Shown piece by piece: positions 20,947 through 31,855 of a DNA stretch of 43,286 bases (position 1 is the first letter of the stretch; every line of letters begins with the position of its first letter). The translations under genes and the position numbers were made by a program. The notes under the pieces were generated by a model. It searched no databases. It saw only the letters and a program-made list of their open reading frames with translations, and was not told the DNA's origin. Origin of the DNA: Klebsormidium nitens (taxonomy: Eukaryota; Plantae; Klebsormidiophyceae); assembly GCA_000708835.1 (NCBI GenBank), contig DF237641.1:1-43286 (forward strand). Reading direction: 5' to 3'.

Positions 20947-22875
20947 ATGGACGAGGACCTGGAGCAGACAGTGGAACGCTACGCCACGCTGCTGACGTCA
21001 AATGACGCCGAAAGGTTTGAGAAGGGGTGCGCGCTGATAGACGACGCGTGCTACCAATCAGAAGAGGTTGGAAATCAAAAAGCTGAATCAAGCTGGGCAC
21101 CAAAGAGTAGGATAGAAGTTCAGGTTGGAAATCAGAAGCAAGAGAGATTTGCTAGAATTGCGCAAGAGCTTGCAGTCTACAAAGGGAGCGCTGTCTTGCT
21201 GCGCCTTTGGGAGGGAGCGCTCACTGAAAGGTCTAGACTTGAGCAGTTTGGAGATGCTTCAACGGCGGTCAGATTCTTTCAGACTAGCTGCATCGCGGTC
21301 GCGTGTCTGTCCACAAGCAAGGTCGTCGTGGAGCGCTGCTTGAAAGAACTAGGCGCGGCGGGGCAGAAGCGCATCGCGCGGGAGGTTTACGAGACTTTCT
21401 ACGCGCGCGCGTCGCGGGCCGCGCGCGAGATGGACCCGGAGAAGCTGATAGCGTATGGGCGGCTGATGGTCGCGACGCCGCTGAAGTGCGTGGCCAACTT
21501 TGCGCTCGCGTCCAAAGCGTTCCGGGAGGCCATGAGGGAATACTCCGCGGAGCGCTCGCTTTTCGAACAGTTTGGACACTTCCTTTCCGCAGAGTTCCGC
21601 AGCAAGCTGCTCAGCGGAAGCGCTACGTCAGTTCCGTTGTTTCTGTCAGATCTTGCGATGACACTCGCGTTCTCAACCGACAGTCAGATGTGGGCTCTCG
21701 ACAAAGGTCTTCTCAAGCTCATGGCAGCCGTGTACGAAGCTTCCGCTTCCGCAACCCAACGAGGCCGGAACGGAACTCCGGTGTTCCGCTGCAACGCGTC
21801 CCTGCTGCACCTGGCGCAATCGGAGCCCACAGTGGAGAAGCTGCGCGCGCTCAACGCCCTCGAAGTATTCCGGCCCTACAAACGGAACATCGTCATAACG
21901 GAACCGAACGGAATCGACCTCTGGGAATATATTGAGGCAAAGCTGCTCCGCCGAACCGTCATAATGAGAGAACTTAGTTCCGGTCGGCAGTTTACCTTAA
22001 GCGCGCAAATGAGCGGAAGCGGAACCCCAGTCGTTTGCTCATGGAAGCACTGTACCGCAGGACCCGAGCCGGTTGAAGGGACGAGATTTGAAAAGTGTGG
22101 GCACTGTAAAGTTGCTCGCTACTGCAGGTAAGATCAGAACCGCACAATGGCTTCAAACTGAACACCGTGCACGTGGTCAACTTTTCAGAATTGAGCAGAT
22201 TCTCCACGTATTGAGCCGATGTTAGGGGCTTGAGGGTGATTGAGTGAGGGCACCAGTTCACATTGATATTTTTGCGAAGGATTCTGACCTGTCACACAAC
22301 TTGGACACAGTTGTCCTTGTCCCGGAATTCTTCTTTTGCAAACATTCTTGGAGTGCCTGAGCCTTTTGAATCAGGAAATCCATGTTCTCAGGCCACTTTC
22401 ATCAAGCCATTTCGAGCGAAGTCGAATCAAACCTGTGGGTTTGGCCGTGCGGGGCTCAATATTTTCCGACGTGTGTTGCAGCGCGCAGGCCTTGTGGTCT
22501 CGCAGTTGCTTCTTCAGTTCTGCCGAACGAGGTCTGGATTGCATTGCCTGATTGTGATTTCAGTCAACCGAGTCCTGATTTTCTATCCTTGATTGTCCAC
22601 TTGAGGTGGGTTGAACTTAGTAGTGTATTCAATCGCTTCACATAGAAGCTTTTCAATCATCGACAACTTTGACTGCCGTACAGACGTGCGAGAGTCGGAG
22701 CAGATATCTTTGTGCAAGAAACAATGATATGCACAAGCTAAGCTGGCGACGATCGAGTCAGTAAGCAGAACTGGTTCTTGAATCTTCGTGCAGCAAGGAG
22801 CACCAGATCCTGCATTGGCGCACCCACAAGATTCACTGCAAAGCGAGTCTGGCGCAAGACAAAGCGAGTTCGTAG
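20947..22875 (+). CDS. Helical-repeat-like protein with C-terminal MYND zinc finger; exons 20947-22127 and 22794-22875
   Basis: ORF 20914..22131 ends CSWKHC...FEKCGHCKVARYC at AG|gtaaga. The acceptor cttcgtgcag|C (22794) continues in phase as SKEHQILHWRTHKIHC...stop, completing the MYND pattern. ATG at 20947 chosen. Confidence 0.88.
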
Positions 22876-23867
22876 TCCTAGGCTTCCGAGGTTTGAAAGC
22901 GTCATGCAAGCGGAGGCCGGCAGGTTAGCATGTTGCAGGTCACAGGGTGGCAGATACAAAGCGAGATTCAGGATCGAATTGGCGGCTCGAGAACTCCGCA
23001 GCTACCGGATCGTGTAAGGTCTTCTTATTTGTACCTACCTAACCTGTATTTTGATGCACTAAGGCTTATCGATACAACGTACGGGCCTTTTACTATGATT
23101 GCGAAGGTCGATCGATCGGACACGCGTACGGCCGCCTTTCCGACGATATCCCGAGACACGTGTCAGGCCTATGCTGCTTGCAACTTGTATACTGAACAAT
23201 GATGCGAATGGCGGTAGTGCTAGGGTAGCCGCCTCAGCTGATGGATCAGTGAGCACTGAAACTTAGCAAAATGCAGCTGCATTCCGACTTGTACAGGTAC
23301 TGCGATGCACAGCATGCCACGAGGTCTTGGCCGGCAGATTGAGACACACGCGTGCTAAACGTACATGCAGACGATCTGAAACGATCCCCGGGCCGGCAAC
23401 TTTTGTTTGAAGTTGCGATCGCGCAACTTGAGTTCTGACTTGCATAATCTTCAAACTAATTCAATTTTGGCCGCCAGCGCACATGATGATGTAGTACGTG
23501 CATTTGCGCCTGTATGACATGCATCAGATTCAGAATATTGTTTGACGCATATCAATCGAGTGACCGGTAAGACCAGACGAGCGTAAGTATGGAACTTATA
23601 TGGAACTCGGAAGCAGACGTCATGCCCTATGTATACAAAGTGACACGCTATCAGCACAAGTCTGGGGCAGCAGATGGCTCGGCCCTTTAATTTCGCGGAC
23701 ACCGGGTACAAAACACCGCATGAAACACGTCCATAATGACTGAGCGCAGCAACTAATTGCTCATGCATACCTTCATTGACACGCACAGTCTGGATTTGAT
23801 GCTTGAAAAAGAGAAGCCGACGCCCTTCTTTGGATACCACCCTTAACACACTGTTTCACAGCTACGA

Positions 23868-26800
23868 CTACTTTCTTGCGAAGAAGTCCGTCACTTTTGA
23901 GGTTGACCGCTTTGCAGGTAGCCGGGTGAACAGGCTGGATCCGCCCCTGTGCGCACTTGGCATAACATTACCCCCCAATATGCCCCGACCAGAAGTCGGT
24001 GGCTTAGCTTTGTCGAGACCCTTCTCAACTGCCTGCATACACTGACTTCCGCCACTTTCTTTCGCAACAAGCTTGTTAATCGCGTCACGTTTCTGCCTCT
24101 CAATTCCTTGCTCGCTAAAGCCCCGCACCCCTCCAAGCGGTCTCGAGCTCCGACCGCTAGTCCCCCGCTCGCCGGTAAATTGAGACTCGGGCGCTCCCCT
24201 TCCTTTCCACCCACACCCCCCGGAGCTAACTCCCCCGGTGTCCGCGCTCTCATCTTTCGAAAACAAACTCGTGGTTGGGGCTCTAACCCGGGGACTAACC
24301 TGCGGTTGATTCGGGCGCTCTCCTATGACGGAAGCCCTCACGACCGGGGCACCGGTCGCAGGCCCCGTGTCGCGAGACGGTTTATACCCAAACTTGGGCT
24401 TCTTCGTCTCTTGAATGTTCTTTCTTATCGTAGCCACGAGACTAGATTCCGCTCTTTTCCGGCCCACTTCCGACCGGAACAACGAACCGGTTCCTTCCAT
24501 CCCCCGGTTCCTCAACACGTCTCGAATCCCTTCCTCCTGAGAAGCACCGGGCAGCGAACCCGCTCCCCGACGGATCCGCATTCCGTCTAGTTCCGAGGCG
24601 TTCGGGTCAACTTCTCCCAAAGTCGCTCCGATCCGCTGTTCCGGTCCGCGTTTCACTGCTTCTTCCTGCTCATTCTCTCCGTCATCTTCCGCTGCAAATC
24701 GGAAAGAAGTTGGAAACACTTCCGCCTCATTTTCGGAGTCTCTTGTCGGGCTGGGGACATCAGAAGCTCCCGATCCCCTCGCTCTCCCTCCCGTGTCGGA
24801 AGGCATTCCGTCCGGCCCAGCGTCGGGGCGGAATCCGTCCTCCCCTTCGTCAGCACTATCCTCAGCCTCGAAGTGAATGTCGCCATCTCCAAAACCCTCT
24901 GCATCCTCTGCACGCCCCGAACCGGCCCCGTCTCCAAAACCCTTGCTGATGATATTCGCTTCGACTTCTGGGATACCCTCCAAAGAAGCGCCCGCATCTC
25001 GCCATTTCGTTCCCTGAAACCCGGCCGTTCTCTTCCGCGACGAGGCCCCCGGCCCGTCCATCCCATTCCGGTCCATTCCGTCGGCGGAACGCTTGCGGCC
25101 GGACTGGGCGCGCTTGAGCTCCTCCTCGAGTTGCCCCACTCGGAAGTCCTGCTTCAAAACGTCCCGCTCCTTCTCATCGATGACTTCCTGTAGTCAAACC
25201 GTGTTCAATGTGTCTTCAAGGTTTTGTTCTTCAAGATGTCCCGGGCACTACAGAGTATGACTTCTACTAGTGGCCATGAATCGCGGGCCCATCTCCTCAG
25301 TGCCCGTCAAATTCTAAAAAGCCTGAATTTACGATTTAATTCTTCGCAGGCGCCCTCTCCAGACTCTAACACTCGTTACGCTGCCTGGTTTGTAGCATCC
25401 CAAAGGACTGTCTATACAGCTCCATGCGCGTGCTGATCCAGGGAGCGACCGACTTCCGGACAGACTAAGGGACAGATCCAGACAGTGAGCAGAATTGAGA
25501 CTTGCGATATCGCCGAAAGCCGTGACGGCCACATATCCAGCTGATTCTGTTCGAAGTGACAAGCGACACAAAAGCTACCACCGCTCGTCCACTGTTCCTA
25601 CACCATGTTTAAAGAAGAACTGACGCCAAAGATACCCGCCACTTTCGTTGGTTGAGTTGCTTGCAATTGTTTCGCGTTGCATCAGAGAACGCAACAGCAC
25701 AGAATTTGCAGGCTGGAGCTGTTTCAACCCTCATTTCGAGGGGGCTCCTTTGGAGTGTGCTATATCACAATTCGGCGCTTTGGTCCCATCAGAGAACTTT
25801 TGATTAATTCTGTCCGCCAAATACCCGGCCAGGAGCAAGCCAAGAGTTGTCCTCACCCTAAAGTGCTTGATTCTGCCCCTGAGCTTCGCATTCTCCTCTT
25901 CCGCTATGCTGACCTTTTGCTCCGCTTTCCGTTGTGCCGCACAGGCGGCAGACACCTTCTCCATGAAGCTCTTCCGTTCACTGCAAGACGGACCGGGCTG
26001 ACGTCAGACTGACGTCGAGATCGCAATGGACTCAGCAGGCTTCTCCGAGTTGGTGCCGAACAGTTTACGTATGTCGAGGAGTGAAAGAGTCAACGTCTAC
26101 AATTCCAGGCCATTTGCGTTGATCTCTTGGTGAAAACGAAGCGTATCCTTATTTTGCAAATAGTATCATGCAGTATTCTGCCTTACAAACGGAACAGATC
26201 GCCCTGCATTTACAACAGAAACTGCTCGATTGAATCTCAACAAATTTGACAATCCGTAGAGTCTGTTTGGTAAAATCGGTCAGACAAAGGACCCCTATAT
26301 ATTCTCTTTCGCTCTATTCAGTCCTGTGAGACGCTTCCAAGGAAACTCACTCGTTGCGCTGTTCCAAAACCTTGTGCTGCGTCGCAATCACCATGTCCGG
26401 ATTCTTCCCCCAGGTCAGCTTGGCGAGGGCGCTCCGATCGAGGCTGATGTCATGCAACCTGCTCGAAATATCGTTTCGGTCTAATGCACAACGCTTCCGC
26501 TACGACCCAAAGAAAACGCCTTTCCAAAGGATCGCCTGTGCCGGACATTTGCACGTCAACGTTTGTGCTGGCAGACTCTAGGAATCAGCATGTGGGTCCA
26601 CTCAATTTATAGACTCTCTTTCAACAGACTCTCTTTCAGAGTGGGCCAGGCTCACGACTGTCGACTCTTCACCAAGAAAACAAGCGTTTGGGATGGCTCG
26701 GTCCATATTTCATTTGCGGCAAGCGACTCACTTCTAAAAACGACAGGAAGGCCTAGTAAGATTCCGGTACTTGACAGCAGACAGACAGACAGTCAGATTA

Positions 26801-29428
26801 AGAGACCAGATGGGGAAGAGATGGAGAGCGTCCTCATACGTCTGAGACTTCGATAGGTGCCTCTAATTTTTTGCTGATGAGTCGTAACGGTTACACTAGG
26901 CTCCGAATTGGAGCCTTGCGAGTGGGCTTTGCAATCGAAGGTGCAAAAGCGGTTGTGGAACAAAAGAGAAAGGTATGATCGAACCAACAGAAACGTGTCT
27001 ATTCTCTTTCAAAACGTGAGTGCTTGGAAATCAAGACTCCACACTATTGATTAAACGGTCTCTAGCTTTCTATGCAGAGTCTGGCCGATAACCCAGATTA
27101 GCTTGGTGCCAGAGACTTACAGAGAGTGCTCCATGTCCTTCGCTTCTAGGGCCTCGTTCCTCTCCTGGAGCGATTTGACAATCTGTACAAGGGCAGGACA
27201 GCCAAAAGGTTAGCCCGGCATCCTCCTCAGAGTGGCCCCCGTAACTCCAGCAACCTCAACGAAGTCAAACCTCCAGTAACAAATTCGGTTGTCCACAAGC
27301 TCTAGTAGCCCCGTTTCTCTGGGGAACTGGAGACCGAGGACGATCACCACTGCACTTCCAACTCTGCAACTCACTGGAGCAGAATGTTCCACCTTCTGCT
27401 TGAGCTGCAGTTAGTCCCAGAAAATGCGGACATTGAACCACCTTTATCACAGCTTCAGCACTAAAGTGAGCACGATCCGGCAAACCGACAATCGACCCCC
27501 TGCCTCGAGAAGCTCTGCAAGAAAGAGGATTCCAAGGGCAGAAGGATCGGCAAACGGAACAGATCAAGGGCCAGGAAGAAAGACAAGCTGGAGGCTCGCC
27601 TGCTCTAGTTCTAGCTTCTGCATCTTTGCCCTGTCCCGCTCCGCGACAGCCGTCGAGTGAGCACATTCCGTCACGCGCGCCTGATGACACAGCGTGTCGA
27701 TGCGCTTCTTGTCCTCTTTGGTCTGCAAATCAAAGCGCACTCGCTTACGCGGTTTTAGAGTGTACTTCCCTGCTTGAAACTGAAAGTATTGAATGTCAAA
27801 ATAGTCCAAGAAGCCACAGCCGGCAAGACGATTTGAGTCTCAGCGAGTCTGAGACAGCCGCTGAGTAGGACAAAAATTTAACAGACGAAGTGCTCTGAAG
27901 AAAGCTTCGAGTGGCAGTGGTAGAAATGATGCTCAGTGAATAAGGCTTTTGGTTTCGATCTTACATCTCCGCACACCTACATCATCAGAGCAGGAGGGCC
28001 TGCTTGAGGCACAGCCTGTATTCAGAAGCAAGGGTAAACATGTGCACTCTAAGAATGCGGAACCCCGAACATGTTTGAAAGGCAGCCTTTTCAGCGCTTG
28101 CCTCACCTTTGCCTGGAGCTTCTCCACCTCCGCTTGCCGCTCTTGTAGCGAGGTCTGGATTGTTTCGCACAGTGCCTCCAGCCTCCGGAGCTCCAGGATG
28201 CTGGCCTGCACATGTACAGCTTATCTCGTTTGCATCACATTTTGAAGCTTTGACGTCCTGAAGACTACATCCGTGTCTCAAATCTTCCAATTCCTCAAGG
28301 GATGAAGGAAAGATAAGAAACGCCTGCGTGTTGCCCATGCTTTGGGATTCAGAGGTTGCAGGATTCGACTGAAGGGTGGAGTCTCAGAAATCCTCGCTCA
28401 GGACTTTCGGACATTTGAAGAGAGGATGCCTCTTAAAGGACAAATAATGATGCATGCTTGCTTTGTCTGCTGGCTTGGGCAGAAGCAACCTATATTCTCA
28501 GAATGCACTTCCAGAAATTGCAGCACTGACTTAATGAGGTGATCTTGCAACCACAGTGCTAAGAGACTACCCCAGAGATTAGCTCATGGAGATGGTGGTG
28601 GGTATCCTCTTGTCGAATTATGTCGTGCAAAAGATCTACTCTTAATTCTAGTCACCTGCGGGGGTCGGTTTGGGCTGTCGGCTCTTGGAGGTGATCCCCC
28701 TTCATCTTGGCTTTCCAGGAATACCCGCAGGCATTTGCTGTGGTGGAATGGCACCTTGCAGTTTGGGCACACTCTCTTGGCGGCCACGTTGTACCACTGG
28801 TACAGACTGCAACGAGGTAGCACTGGAAATTGGTTCGAAAGTCACGGTGCCAGCATTCCAAAACGTGTGCTAGCATTCGTTTCTGCCACAGATCCATCTC
28901 TTCCACAGGGATAGCCGGGAAGCCGTCATGTTCAGTCCCTTGCTAAGCCTAGGCAAGTGAGCTTTCAGCAACAATACGTAGGTTGATTGTTTGGTGGCAT
29001 GAGACTCTCAAAATGGTAAAAGCTGAGCAGCACAACCGTAGATTGCTCAAATTTAGCTGCAACAAGTAATAGTCGAACGCATTAGCTCTCTAGAGGTATG
29101 CCCATTCCTCCTCAAAAGCTGATTGGGTCTCCATTCTTGTCCTTGATCTCCTTCACACAGGTACATTACGCTTGTACCTTGCCCATGCCCACAGAAGCAA
29201 ACAAACCTTTCTACAAGGACAATATTCTATTGATCATAAACGGTCTAGTTACTTTTGAGCTGTCGAGAACCACAAAGATTGCATTCAATCAGCTTGCAAG
29301 CAAGTTCGCTGCTCGAGAGTAAAGTGTGCTTACCATGTGTCATGGAAAACATGGCCGCATTCATGAATTGCTACCCAGGTCAAGTCGGGATTGTTCCCTT
29401 CCAGGCAAACCGCACAAGCGTGTCCCAT
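23868..29428 (-). CDS. TRAIP: TRAIP-like RING E3 ubiquitin ligase (RING + coiled coil + C-terminal PIP-like box)
   Basis: Exons 29428-29334, 28806-28656, 28205-28107, 27722-27600, 27182-27121, 26458-26351, 25980-25857 and 25187-23868 join in phase. N-terminus MGHACAVCLEG...ECGHVFHDTC|LYQW...VCPNCK (RING-H2 type), heptad-rich middle, C-terminus KRSTSKVTDFFARK. Orthology is inferred from architecture. Confidence 0.8.
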
Positions 29429-31399
29429 TTTTTCAACAAAATTCCCCAGTAGACTCTTACGCTATTGTCTGCTGCCCAACGGACGCAGCGCAGTCAATAT
29501 AAGCAGCAGGGAGATCTGACTAGCTGAAATATGTGCTGAAAGTACGAAGCTGTTCTTTGCATCGCTCCCTGCCTACAAACCCTGTCTGTGTTGAAGGTCA
29601 TAAGAACCGGAGGAACGAACTGGAACCTGCCGCCTCATTTCAGAGGACTTTCTCTGTAATCGTCACACTGGGTGGTCTGTTATGACGTTCTTGTATTTGA
29701 AGGACTACAGAATTCAGAAGCGCAGAAGTGTGCAACAGGCCACCAAGCTAGGTCCAACTCCTGACTAAGCTAAGCACCAGCATATTCTGCTGACAGTACC
29801 CTAAGATTGACTAACGTCCGGAAGTTGAAGGAAAAGTGAGCTTTCGAGCCAGCTCTCAGCGCAAAGTTCATCCCCAAGCAGATATCACCTCGATCTGATC
29901 CTACAAACGATACCAGCACGCGCTTCCTATATCTCCCTTGTTGACGACCCTAGCAATCTGTGCGCTTTGCGAGCCAGCTGCAGGCTGCAAGGTGCCTGCC
30001 GTCCTACGTTAGCAAAGAGGTAGGAGCCATGGACCCGCCCCCATGAATCATGATCATGCATTAGCATTCTTTCACAAGAACAGAAATTTGAAATTCGAGA
30101 GGAAGGTGGCGGGGCTTGACGGGGTTTTACGACTTCCCCGACATCCCATTGGTCGATAGTCGTCCAATCGAAACCCTGCGCGGCTCAGCCTCCGGAATGC
30201 TAATAAGCGGGCGCGCGCGCGTCCGCCTCGCGCAAATTCAGCGCGGCCGCGCCAGGGGCGTGCGCCGGCTGAGATCCATTGACAGGCTCATGCGGATGCG
30301 CTGCGTCTTGTGTGCTGCCTCCAGCTGTCAAAGCTTGCTAGATTTATGGCGGACCTTCTGACAAACTGATCTGCTGAGAGCAACGTACATCCGACAAATG
30401 TACTCCAGCGCGTCCAGCACGCATTCACGTTGATAGCAGGTTCAACGGCGGGCGTGAATTGTTTGAAGAGAGAGACCTCGATCCTTCTATTATCCGCAAC
30501 AGCTTGCGACTGGGTGCAGACAGTCAACGATCTGGATGTCTACTGAAGCCTTCTGCAGATAAATTGCTTCTTCTGCTTCATCTTGTGAGGCGCAAAGGTA
30601 CATCGTCAACCTTCGCTTGGGCGTCTTGGTCTCTTGGTTGGAATAGCTGACGTCGACTTTGTGCTGGCTTGGAAAGAGCCTCACCAGACGGAAGCAGTTT
30701 CAGGCTTGTTTTCTAACAAGTGAAGACTGGTTTCTCAAAATTCAAGGCCGTTTTTGTTCCATTATGCTGGAGACTCCAGATTCATTCTGAATATTTGAGG
30801 GTTTAGTATTCATGGTGAATGATGAACCAACGTTCTGAGCTTGTTCTCATGTACGTTACATAATCTGTTCATTCCTGAACAGCTTTGAGGTGCTTAGACA
30901 CAGAAGCTTGTGCTTTGGGTCTTGTCAGAATTCATTGCCTTTCAAACGGTCTTCTAGGAAAACTTGGTCAGCTGGCGGGCTTGTGAATTTTACTCTAAGA
31001 TCTATCCACAGCGTGCTAAGGGTCTTTCGTGCAGAAAACCCGGTTCCATATCCTGAACAGCACCGTAGGAGAGGAGCTCAGACAAAAGAAAACTTTTTTT
31101 TCTGCAACACTCTGACTGAAAATGCTCAGTCAGCTTCAGAGCTCTGTCCATCTTTCATACAGGAGCCACACGTCCAAATCCTTCAGTAGAGACGTTTGTT
31201 CAACAGGTGACGTAAGCTGCGTCATGTTCTCCATCGTTTCAATCCATGTCTGTCGAGCGGGTCGCACGCACACACTCATTTCGGAATTTGGCTTGACGTC
31301 TTTGTTGCAGCAACTTGCAGGCAAAAAGGAGTACATCGCACAATATTTCGGGCATCAGAGCGCGGAGCGACATACCAGAACCATATCTCAAGACAGGAA

Positions 31400-31855
31400 A
31401 TGGGGGTCGAATTTGTCTTCTGCGACGAGAAGGGCAAGGTAGTTGACTGTATTTCGGGCTGCAAGTCCTTATGGTACGGCTACGAGCAAAAGACCCCTAA
31501 ATTCGATTACAATCAATCTCTCAAGGACGTAGCTGGATTGGATGACAAGGCTCTAGATAGCCAAGGGATGCGCGCTTTTGCTGCAGACATTCACTACTAT
31601 CTCGAGGAAGAGTTCCCATGGGTTCTAAGGAAGGAAGATGCGGAAGTCTACAAACCAGATTTAGAGAGGCTCAAAGAGCTGGTCGAGGCGCAGAACTTTA
31701 CCGAATTGCTGGCCTTCTACGAAAGGGAGCTCGAGGTGGTAAAGATCTTTGAGTATGATTATTCCTTCAGCCAGATCCTGAAACTAAGAGAATTTAGGGA
31801 CAAGCTTATGAAATATGCAGAGGTTGAGAATATGTACGCTTGTTTCAGCCGTTAA
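31400..31855 (+). CDS. Intronless 151-aa hypothetical protein, no recognised family
   Basis: Clean ATG-to-TAA ORF with globular, protein-like composition (aromatic/acidic helices) and no long competing ORF across its body. Confidence 0.65.
   Translation: MGVEFVFCDEKGKVVDCISGCKSLWYGYEQKTPKFDYNQSLKDVAGLDDKALDSQGMRAFAADIHYYLEEEFPWVLRKEDAEVYKPDLERLKELVEAQNFTELLAFYERELEVVKIFEYDYSFSQILKLREFRDKLMKYAEVENMYACFSR

Noticed and set aside
26611-26640. 16-bp tandem duplication agactctctttca (also 10-bp at 40261 and ~11-bp at 32410-32435)
   Set aside because: Ordinary slippage duplications in non-coding DNA.
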